64,000 nucleotides of DNA, taken from positions 106,642,001 to 106,706,000 of the forward strand of contig NC_086097.1 of assembly GCF_963921235.1 (NCBI RefSeq). The letters run 5' to 3'. The position numbers and the translations under genes are program-made. Below the pieces are notes generated by a model. That model was not told where the DNA came from, did no database searches, and was given only the letters and a program-made list of their open reading frames with translations. This document shows positions 1-9,884 of the stretch, piece by piece (position 1 is the stretch's first letter; each line of letters starts with the position of its first letter). This DNA is from Mobula hypostoma. Lineage: Eukaryota.

Positions 1-215
1 GAAGGGTATTGGTCCAAAATATTGATGGTTTATTCCTCTCCACAGATGCACTTTGACAAGTTGAGTTTGTTGTTCATTCTGTTTGGTACCTTCAAAGGCA
101 TTGCAGCCACTAAATTTTCTGTCATCCTCACATTCAATCAATTGGTTGATTATTTCTTTCTTCCCACTTATGCTGCATGACCTACTGAGTTTCTCTAGAA
201 TATTGTTTGTTGCTC
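1..215 (+). repeat. Degenerate Penelope pLTR-derived short repeats
   Basis: gaagggtattggtccaaaatattga...ctccacagatgc and tatgctgcatgacctactgagtttctctag resemble the pLTR tail seen intact at 18680-18790; heavily mutated, ends approximate. Confidence 0.55.
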
Positions 216-564
216 ACCTTTAACCAAAATCTCAGCTGGATCAGCCAAATAAATATGCTTCAGAGGCACAAGTGAACAGGTTAGAGGCTTCTATCCTGCA
301 GCAGGATGTTTATCCTGATTATCAACAGCCTTTCTGCTAATCTACATAACAAGAAAGAAGTCGAAGTCTACTTGACACCATTCAGGCAAAGAAGACTACT
401 AGACTGTAGAGTATATAATCTACAAAAACATTATAGCAATTTTCAAGACTTCTTCAAAAGTAGCTTCCAAACCTGCAAACTTACAACCTTTAGGCCACAA
501 ACTATCTCTAACCAGTAAATAAATTATTGCTCTCTCTAAGTCACTAGTTCTAAATTCTGGAACT

Positions 565-990
565 CAGAATCAGAATCAGGTTTACTATCACCGGCACGTG
601 TCGTGAAATTTGTTAACTTAGCAGCAGCAGTTCAATGGAATACATAACATAGAAGAAGAAGAAGAAAAAAACAATAATAATAATAATAAATAAGTCAATC
701 AATTACAATATACAGTGTGTATATTGAATAGATTAAAATCATGCAAAAAAACAGGAATAATATACATTAAAAAAGTGAGGTAGTGTTCAGGGGTTCAAAG
801 CCCATTTTGGATGGCAGAGGGGAAGAAGCTGTTCCTGAATCGCTGAGTGTGTGCCTTCAGGCTGATGGTAACAATGAGAAAAGGACATGCCCAGGGTGCT
901 GGAGGTCCTTAATAATGGAAGTTGCCTTTCTGAGGCACTGCTTCTTGGAGCTGTCCTGGGTATTTTGCAGGCTAGTACCCAAGATGGCAC
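565..990 (-). mobile_element. Rex1/Babar-type LINE, 3' fragment
   Basis: (TCAGAA)n tail and 3' UTR closely match the 3' end of the long copy at 28866-29300. Confidence 0.75.
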
Positions 991-2342
991 AGGAGTATCT
1001 TCATCACAAGGTCTGTAGCTGTTCAAGAAGGTAATTCACGAGTTCCTTCTCAAGGCAAAAAGGTTGTACATCAAAGCTGTCCATGCCTATGACACCACAT
1101 CCCATAAATTAAGAAAGTAACCGGTTGCACAGGTCCACTGGTGTGTAGCCTTCAGTTACAACCATAATGAGGAGATGCAGTCTGTGGATGGTGCAAGGAA
1201 TGGAGACTTAATGGAGGAGGACCAGGTCTGGTTAGGATGGTTCACTTACGATGCACAATAGATGTCCATACCTGTCTGTAAATGTGGCCAACATTGCACT
1301 GAAAATACAAGTGCAATGTTCTCTATTTCAACTCACCATACACATGGAGGGTATAGAACAAGTTTGGCATTTTATCTGAACCAAATAATAGGTATCTGAT
1401 CACACTTAGCAATCAGGTTTGTGCTTCTCTGCTTTTGCACTGAATACAAAAACAGTATTACTTGAAAAACTGTTTAAATCATATTGCACAATATCTCTTT
1501 ATCCTTTACAATTAATTCTAATTACAAATTGGGCTACATTTCGCTTTTCGCTTTCATCAAGCAAGGTTCTTTTATAGTCTTTCTGATACGGTGCCTGTTG
1601 CCCCAATGTGGGATGCTGTTTTATCAGGTAACAGTATGAAATGGGTGTAAAATATGTCAGGTCACCACTGCCATCTGCATTTGGTGGTAGTCCGCTGCAA
1701 TTTTCTTAAGGTGTATCCAACTCAAAGCAGTGAAAGGTCAGTGCCATCTGTGGTGCAGCTTATGCACTTGTCTCCTTTTGGATCATCCCAGTTATCATCC
1801 TGTACTTCTTTGCATTTGGATCAAGCAGTCTTTCTATTGTTGGGTGCTCTGGTTACTAGCACCTGTGATGGACTGCCTGTCATCCCTTGGTTTTGGTATT
1901 GCATTGTGAATATGATCGTGATCACTTGGCTATCTTCAGATATCCCTTGGCCTCCTTGACAGTCAATACTCTCACTTTTTAATATTCTTCAAGGTGAAGT
2001 GATATTGTTTAATAATTAAACTGCCAATCCTTCAAGAACTCACATGGATGCCTGCTGTGAACAGCAACACATTTTATATGATCTGCATCTAAGGAATGTC
2101 ATCTCTGCCAAACTGTCCTTTAAGCCCATAAATATCAGTTAATGAATGGGTGTCTTAAGAGGTTTATCTCACAAAACAATTGAAAAATTAACAATTTTCA
2201 CCAAGTACATTTTCCCATTTAGGTCAAACAGACCTGATCCAAGTATTTCATTGGGTAGGACTAGGAGTTAGTAAGAGTGATATACAGTATGTCCTTTCAA
2301 CACATACATTCTAAGATCTATAGGTCTTCCCACAATTCTGTG

Positions 2343-3041
2343 TGTAACCCCCCCCCCCCCGGCGACCCTCAGGATCGCTCGGCTCACTGTTGTCTAGGGA
2401 AACAGCCTCGGCCCCACCAAACTGGGTAATTAGTTTGTGTGGATGCTGTGTGATGCACCCCACCCCGCCCAAATAACAGACAATACACCAGATACAATTA
2501 AATGATTTACAGTTTATAGATATTACTGGAACTATATAATTAAGAGGGAATAAAATATAAAAGGAAAATAAAAGGCGCCACACTTATCAAAGTTCAATCT
2601 CTTCGTGCACAAAACAGTTGGAGCTCAAGAACCTTCTTCCTCACCCTGCGACCCCTCGGACCACCTTGACCGGCCGCCTGGGACCACCAACGGTGGTCAA
2701 CCAGATACTCCACACTAGTCCGTCTCCGTCTCCTCGCCGAACGCCCTCCTCGGGGTCCGACCCTGTTAGTGGACATCACAGCACCTCGTCCATCCTCTGT
2801 CTCGCTATCCCGCCTTCTGCCCCAAAACCCCGCGTATACAGTATCTTCAAATACACCAAAACCATAACAACTATCCCAATTGGTTAATAGCACCCTCTTA
2901 TCACACTCTAAACCAAAACAAGCTGCTAGCGCAAACTTTCTCAGCGTTTAACACAACAAAGCCGCATTCCCCAGATTAACATAACAAAGACGCCATTTTA
3001 ATTAGCCTCCGCAGTAACGTAAAAGTCGAAACCCCCTTACA
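2343..3041 (-). mobile_element. 3' LTR (699 bp) of a Gypsy-type LTR retrotransposon
   Basis: TGTAA...TTACA inverted termini; on the minus strand it is immediately preceded by a purine tract GGTGGAGCGAGAG (3042-3054), the PPT position. Confidence 0.85.
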
Positions 3042-4722
3042 CTCTCGCTCCACCAAATAAAGTCATGTCCTCATGACTTCTAAATAACTCGCCAACCAGT
3101 CCTGCAGACACACAACACACACATACTCAGATACACACAGTGACAGTGCTACCCAAACAGTGGACCTTACTCCCGTCCCACAGGCGCTACATAGGCCAAC
3201 CTATCTGAGAGCTTCTTAACCCTCCGAGACCTCTGTACTCCCTCACCTAAACCCAAAAGGTTCAGACACTACTAGGGATACCTCGGGCCTGCTTGCCAAC
3301 TCCTCTGTCACTCAGGCCACCATTACAGCTCAGAGCCCACTGTCCCGTGTCTGGGGCCCCGCCTCTCCTCCTTCCTGATCCTGCCGTAATTCAGACTGCC
3401 CACAGCTAGCCCTCCCCACTACCCCTGACTGAGTGGGAGAAGGGCCAAAGGTCTCTTCCTCAATCACGGGGAAGTTAGGCAACATGTTCCACATGTGCAG
3501 CACATCATCCTTCGAATCCATATCCTTCCTCATTCCTTCGATCGGTAGCTGCTGTTTGAGTTTCTCCAAACTGAAACATTTAGCCGGGGCTACCCCTTCA
3601 GCCTCCTGCAGTCGAGACGTCAGCTTCTTCGGGGACTCCTTCAACTCTCGCCACAGCCTCAGCAGTTCTGACTCAGGGTTCTGGGCCATCTCAGTCTGGG
3701 ACGCAGTTACCCCACCAGCTTCTTCCACCCTGACCTGGAAAGCAGCAGTTAAAGAATGTTCAGCCTCCGGTTGTTTCTTCCTGAGGACGTCTTCCAGGTC
3801 AACTTTCAGTTTTTCCACTTCATTTAAACTGTCAGGTTCCTTTCAAGCGTCCGCCTCCCTTTTCCGAGATCTGTCCTCCATTTCTTCACTTCCTCAGGAT
3901 TGTGGTCAAACTCCCCTCCCTGGGCTCTCGGTTTTCTGTTGGCCTTAGTCAGAACACTTCCTTGATCTTCCCCAACTTGTAAGTCTTCCAATTTTTTCTG
4001 AATCGATGTCTCGAGTTTCTGCTGATGGTTCATTGTTTCTTCTTGCTGGATTAATTCATCAGTACATGACCTCAGTGTGGTGCAAATCTCCTCTCTTCCC
4101 TGTGTCTCATTCAGATTGACGACCTGGGATTCCATCCCCCGGTCCATCACCGTCTGTCCCAACACCAGGAAGTTCAACTGGTACGTCAGGTCATTTTTCT
4201 CACATTGCACCAAAGTCCTCCGGCTAAAAACTCCTCCACATTTGACACTTCGCTTCGGTCGCCCAGGCTCAGCCACTTGCCTCGCCTCATAGTCCCCCCA
4301 GGCGAATCCAAGCTCTAGGCGGTCATCCACATACGTCAAAACTCCACACACCTTCACTTCCCCCATGGTCTTCCTCATGCCCCGCGGGAAGGATGCAGGG
4401 GCTCCGGATATGCCCTTGGGCATCTTTTCGGATCGGAAGAATCCTAGGGAACTAGTAATGGCCGTCTTCGGCTCAACAGCCGCACTCCTCAGGATCTGGC
4501 AACACCCACTCCTCAGATGCAGCACATTAAACCACATCGCATAATCCACACACACGCTGCCTTCATCTTCCACGCCGCTAGGGTCCAGTTACCGCGACCT
4601 CTCTCTCACTGAGGTGTCTTCAGCAGTCAACTCCCCTCCCTTGTGGTAGTTCGGAGCATCTACTAAGAGGGTCTCACCCTCAGCTACTTTCCCCAAGCCG
4701 TACCACTGCTGTGGGTTGCTAG
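3042..4722 (-). mobile_element. Internal region of a non-autonomous Gypsy element: decayed RT, captured myosin rod segments and Gypsy C-terminal tail; 5' LTR not found
   Basis: RT-like motifs CVDY..WFNVLHLRSG..KTA..LGFF..MPKGISGAPASF..YVDD (YVDD at 4333-4322); tail GVQRSRRVKKLSDRLAYVAP at about 3180-3245 is typical of vertebrate Gypsy pol C-termini; adjoins the PPT and LTR. Confidence 0.8.
3537..4225 (-). pseudogene. Captured, intronless, internally deleted myosin II heavy-chain rod (S2/LMM) fragment, MYH16-like
   Basis: Collinear blocks [125 protein letters not shown] correspond to conserved sarcomeric myosin rod motifs (EKNDL, DDLQAEEDK..LTK, RLEEAGGATSAQIEM, KKLAQRLQEAE..AKCSSLEK); frameshift near 3830. 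Confidence 0.8.
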
Positions 4723-5050
4723 TAGCTCAGAAATAGTCACATAATATAACTCACTTAATGACCTACAGAATGCAACAAGGAGAATATTATTTAAAGAAGG
4801 AACAGATACAGAAGGTCCAAGAGGTCTTTAAATATGCTGAATTTCTCTGTCTTTTCCATTATCAGAATGAAAATGTAACTTTCCACAATTCTCCTCAGTT
4901 CTTTTGAACAATTATCTTAAACCTATTCTTTAGTTATTGATCTTTTTGCCAAGGAAAATAAATTTATCTTATCGAAGCCTTTCAAAATTATTATATAATT
5001 TAAGTAAATCGTCAATCAGCTTCCTTTGTCCAAAATATAATAACATCAGT

Positions 5051-5243
5051 GATTTTCGGATCTCCCCCTCCCCCTCCCACTTTAAAATCTCTTACTATCT
5101 CTTCTTTCAGTTAGTCCTGACAAAGGGTCTCGGCCAAAACGTTGACTGTACCTCTTCCTATAGATGCTGCCTGGCCTGCTGCATTCACCAGCAATTTTTA
5201 TGTGTGTTGCTTGAAATTCTAACATCTGCAGATTTCCTCATGT
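5051..5243 (+). mobile_element. Short Penelope pLTR-derived insertion with 10-bp TSD
   Basis: Matches the PLE 3' end; direct repeat taacatcagt at 5041-5050 and 5244-5253. Confidence 0.8.
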
Positions 5244-5539
5244 TAACATCAGTCCAGTCCATCTTTTGTCATATTACTATTCTTGGGAAAGATGTTGCTA
5301 GTTTTCCTACTGCTTCTCATATTTCACCTGGGCCCAGGAATTTATCTGCTTCCAAAGATACTAAATCACCTCGTATCATTTCTCTCTTAAAGTACGTATC
5401 CTACTGCTTACACTCCTCCCTTTTAAATGCAACAAGCATTTCGTAACACTGTTCTGTAAAGGTATGTTATGAACTGCTTTTAGTTCTGGGTATGTCACTT
5501 GAGGAAACATACACTGAACCTGTAAGATCTACCAGCTTG

Positions 5540-5985
5540 ATACCAAGATTAAATTAATGATGCCTGAAAACAAGTTACATAGATAAGCCTTGTGTTCCAT
5601 TTAATGTAGTAGATTAACTGACAATCTAACTGTGAGATTTAAGATTATATGATTTGATAGGGCAAAGAAAGAGAAATCATTTCCACTGGTGGGGATGTCC
5701 AGAATTAAATTTGGCTACAGTGGTCTGGGTTGAAGTTAAAAAGCATCTTTTACACAAATATAGTGTAAATCAAGTACCACTCTGCTCCCACCAGCATTAC
5801 CAAAGCTGCTGAGGTTAGTAGAATTGAATAATTAACAACTAAATATGATAGATATTTCTTTACATTAATCAATAAAGGCACGGGAGCATTACAAATGGAA
5901 AGATACCAATATAGATATCAGCCACGACTTAATTGCCAAAAAAAGCACCAAGGGGATGAATAGCTTGGTTATTTTCCTATCTTCT
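5540..5985 (+). mobile_element. Old, highly degenerate CR1 3' fragment
   Basis: Residual CR1 3' motifs (ttccactggtggggatgtccagaa, ttttacaca, gatatcagccacgacttaattg); ends approximate. Confidence 0.5.
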
Positions 5986-6191
5986 TACTAATTTACTTTT
6001 AAACAAAATGATCTTGCTGTTAACAATTTTTATAGATTCCTTTGGTGTTTGCCCATAGTCCTAAATGATAGATTGACCAACCAAGCAAAGGCCTATCATA
6101 TCCAAATAAGTAGGAACACTGGCCAGGAAGAGAAAGCAGATGAGTTTTGGAGGGCTATATTTCTTGGATTCCACAGGACTCAGTAATTAGT

Positions 6192-6324
6192 CCTGACAAA
6201 GGGTCCCGGCCCGAAACGTCGACTGTACCTCTTCCTATAGATGCTGCCTGGCCTGCTGCGTTCACCAGCATTTTTTGTGTGTGTTGCTTGAACTTCCAGC
6301 ATCTGCAGATTTCCTCGTGTCTGC
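6192..6324 (+). mobile_element. Short Penelope pLTR-derived insertion with 9-bp TSD
   Basis: Near-identical to the PLE tail; direct repeat gtaattagt at 6183-6191 and 6325-6333. Confidence 0.85.
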
Positions 6325-6509
6325 GTAATTAGTACTTGTATGACATGATATTTTTCAAGGACATAGACTTTAATGGAGGAATGATGATTAACAAATTAGC
6401 TGATGATACTAAAACTGGCAGTATGGTTGTTAATAGTAAGAAAACTCCAGCTTATAATAAGATATTTCTTTATCTACCTTTGGAATATCCTAAACTGAAT
6501 AATCCACTG

Positions 6510-6790
6510 GCTGCTCTGGGCTCTGTGATGTTCATTCGGCTCATCGCCGAACTGAGGCTGAGGCTGTGGCCTACTCCAGATGCTCCATGCTTCATATCTA
6601 TGGACTCATTTTTCTTCTCAATGCTATTTGCTTACTTATATTTTTTTTCCTCTCTGTGCACTGGGTGTTTGATGACTTTTTTATGAGTCCTTTTGGGTTT
6701 CATTGTTTTGTGGCTGTCTGAGAGAGAGGAATCTCAAGGTTGTAAAATGTATACATACTTTGATAATAAATGTACTTTGAACTTTGATAT
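6510..6790 (+). repeat. LINE/SINE 3' end with aataaa and (ACTTTGA)n tail, Rex1-like
   Basis: Ends aataaatgtactttgaactttga; a similar tail occurs reversed at 8378. Confidence 0.5.
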
Positions 6791-6802
6791 TAATGTAGTG
6801 AT

Positions 6803-7150
6803 GAACACGCACACACACAACATGCTGGAACAACTCAGCAAGTCAGGCAGCAACTATGGAGGAAAATAAACAGCTGATGTTCCAGACCAAGACCATTCGT
6901 CAATACTGATCAGCCTGCGATAAACACAAGAGGTTCTGCAGATGCTAGAAATCTTAAGTGACACACATAAAATGCTGGAGGAACTCAGCAAGTCAGGCAG
7001 CAACTATAGAGAGGAATAAACATATGATGTTTCGGGTCGGTTTATTCAGCCAGTTCATTTCCCTCCATAGATGCTGCTTGAACAGTTGAGTTCCTCCAGC
7101 ATTTTGTGTGCATTGTTCTAGATTTCCAGCATTTGCAGAATCTTCTGCGT
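6803..7150. repeat. Cluster of Penelope pLTR derivatives: two tandem minus copies and one inverted plus copy
   Basis: atgctgga..aactcagcaagtcaggcagcaacta occurs at about 6822 and 6972; inverted ccatagatgctgc...ttccagcatttgcagaatc at 7060-7150. Confidence 0.7.
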
Positions 7151-7169
7151 CAATAATATACTGATTAGG

Positions 7170-7760
7170 TGGATGTAAGAGCAGCAAATGGAATTTTTTC
7201 CCAAGAACTGTGAGTTGATACATCTGAAGAAGGCAACAAAGGAAGACAATTTCATAATATATGATAGATGCCCAGTTGCATAAGTAATGGGGAGATCTTG
7301 TTCATGAATCCCTGAAGGTAAGCAAGACAGGTAAATAAAAGCAGCATATTATCATCTAAAGCACAGAATGCAAAAGCAAGGGAGTCATGTTAAAGCTGTA
7401 TAAAGCACTAATAAACCACAGTTTCAGTACTGTGAATTTCTGGTCACTCTTACTGAAAAGGTATGAGATCACTAGAGAGGATGCTAGTAGACTAAAGAAT
7501 TGAGATTTAAAAAATTGACTTGGTTGGGATCATTCTCTTATTGCAACAAAAGGATCTAAAGGAGATTTAAGAATATGTACATATTATGCAGGGGCTAAAA
7601 TGGTAATCAGAAAGGACTTATTACTGTGGCACTGAGGTTGATAACCTAGGGACATTAATTTAATTTAAATAGTGGGAAGCATTTGAGGAGAAATCAGGAA
7701 ACACATTTTCTATCAAATTGTAGAAGGGCTCTGGAAGTCAAAGGGTGGCAGAGCTTTTAA
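7170..7760 (+). mobile_element. Old degenerate CR1 RT/3' fragment
   Basis: agcaaatggaattt, gtcatgttaaagctgtataaagcacta, tggtcac and ggagatttaa correspond to CR1 motifs WQMEFN, VMLQLYK, WSP, GDLI. Confidence 0.6.
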
Positions 7761-8029
7761 AGAGAACAAAAATAAAGCAAACTGTTGAAGGAAACGAAAA
7801 ATGCTTCCAATGCTTTGGACTTTCTATGGAGATTGAAATAACTGAATAATTTAATTTTTATAATTCACTTTAATTATTTTAAAACTTTTAAGTTTTATGT
7901 TAAATGGATTAGTCTTGTACTTTGGACAGCTCTAGAATAAAGGGATCATGAGATATATTTTTCGCTACTCCTTGAATGAATTTTAAACTTGAGAATTTTA
8001 TTACCTGTAATGCGAAACAGTTTGGTGCT

Positions 8030-8190
8030 GACACCTAGGAAGCTGGAATTTGGAGCAACAAAGAATCTGCTGGTAGAACTCAGCAGGTCAAGTAGTATCA
8101 GAGTCCTGATGCAGGGTTATGACGAGAAACATTGACAATGCCTATCCCCCCATGGTGGTACTTGAAATGCTGAGTTCTTCCAGCAGATTT
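8030..8190. repeat. Head-to-head palindromic Penelope pLTR remnant
   Basis: aatctgctggtagaactcagca ... tgctgagttcttccagcagatt form inverted arms around a decayed ctgatgcagggt..gaaacattgac core. Confidence 0.6.
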
Positions 8191-8377
8191 TTAATTCATA
8201 TAATCTGAATACTTTGTATCAGTAGAAACAATCAACAATACAGAGGGCATAAATAAAGATACTGGATGTAATGCTTGGTCTGGTACTGAAATCTGGCAAA
8301 TACCAAAATTGGAATCAAAGAAATATATAAAAATCTGTTCGGATTCATGCCTTTGTTGTTCCAGATCATCAATATAT

Positions 8378-8748
8378 TCAAAGTTCAAAGGGAATTTTAT
8401 TATCAAAGAACATATATGTCACCAAATACAACCCCAAGATTCATTTCCTGCAGGCATACATAACAAATCTATAGAATTGTAAATATAATAGAATCAACGA
8501 ACGACCACCAAACTAGGGCATTCAACCAGACTGCAGACTGAAAGAAAGAAGAAACAATAATACAAATAAATAAACAATAAATATCAAGAACATGAGATGA
8601 AAAGTCCCTGAATGTGAATCCATTGGTTGTGGGAACAGTTCAATGATGGGGCAAAAGTTAACCCCTTTTTTTTAAGAGTCTGATGGTTGAGAGGTAGTAA
8701 CTGTTCCTGAACCTAGTGGTATGAGCCCTAAGGCTCTTGTACCTGCTT
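8378..8748 (-). mobile_element. Rex1/Babar-type LINE 3' fragment
   Basis: (TTCAAAG)n tail, then agagtctgatggttgagaggtagtaactgttcctgaacct, the reverse of the FRNSYYLSTIRL C-terminal motif. Confidence 0.65.
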
Positions 8749-9884
8749 ACATCTCTGACAAACAACCTCCAACTCCTACTCTGATTAAAACCTTCCTTTC
8801 AACTTACATTAACTACTGTGCCTTCAGCAGCTTAGCTCATACTCTGAAATCTCTTCCTGAAAACCTCTGCTTCTCCAACTTCATCAAGTGCATACTTACA
8901 TATTTCATCAAAGATTTTTAACTCATGTCCCATCTATCCTTTGGTTTGCCTTCCATGTTTAGCAGGATGTCTTCATAAAGACCCTCGTCTGTTTTTGCAG
9001 CAGAAAATCACTTAAGATTTAACCCACTTCCTCTATGGTAGATATCATGCTGTATGCTCAATAGGTGGTAAGGTTTAAACATTTGACCTTTATAGAATAC
9101 ATTTGCCATCAACCTAACTGATGCCAGCAATAGATGAGTAAGTATTAATAATTTATTTTGCATCCTTTTCCTCATAAAATTACTGCATTGTTTCTGCTGT
9201 TGTTCGTTGGGAGAATGAAGGCAAAGAGTACATAATTAAATTTGCTTAAAATTCAGATATAATCTGGAAAACTATCAATTCTGAAATAACAGTCCCTTAA
9301 CAAATGCTTAATGCTCACTGGAACATAACTGAAGGAAATAAGTGCTCAAAAACGGTAACTAAAATTAGCACTCTTAAAGTAATCAGACGTAGATCATAAG
9401 GAAATAGATAAGTTCAAAATGACCCCATTTATACTGGCTGTGCAAATCATTTTCATTGCTGACCTGATGGAGGATTTTACAAACTGTTTGAATATAAACA
9501 TGTGTAGCTGTCCCATTCATTCGGACCACAGAATAAAAAAAACACATTTCCAGGCCTGACTGCTGAAAAACAGAGTACTTATATTAACCTAGCTATAAAC
9601 AGTGAAAATTGATCTCTTGTCAACTTGTGTTGGAAATCAAAAGTGAATTATGTGTGTCAGGCAGGGAATGTCGTATCTCCTGATTCATCAACTAAATCAA
9701 GGCTTTCCCCTGTTTAAATCCTGAGGGATTATGTTCAGTTCAGGTCATAATGACCTGGCAGAATTTGATTTCTCTGAAGTTAAAAGTGTAAATGAAGCAA
9801 GAGAACAGAATTAGCAATTTACCAATTTCAGTTTTGATACCAGAACATTTTGATATCCAGTCGTTGATTACCTCCTGTACTGAA

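Noticed and set aside
1560..2260. Sequence with coding-like composition, possibly a very old retroelement
   Set aside because: No motif could be confirmed in the frames examined
3537..4225. Exons of a resident myosin gene
   Set aside because: No introns or splice sites between the blocks, heavy divergence, and the sequence is embedded between Gypsy RT and PPT/LTR
8005..8034. Possible 30-nt phase 1-1 micro-exon (minus)
   Set aside because: The acceptor lies in a pLTR remnant and such short matches arise by chance
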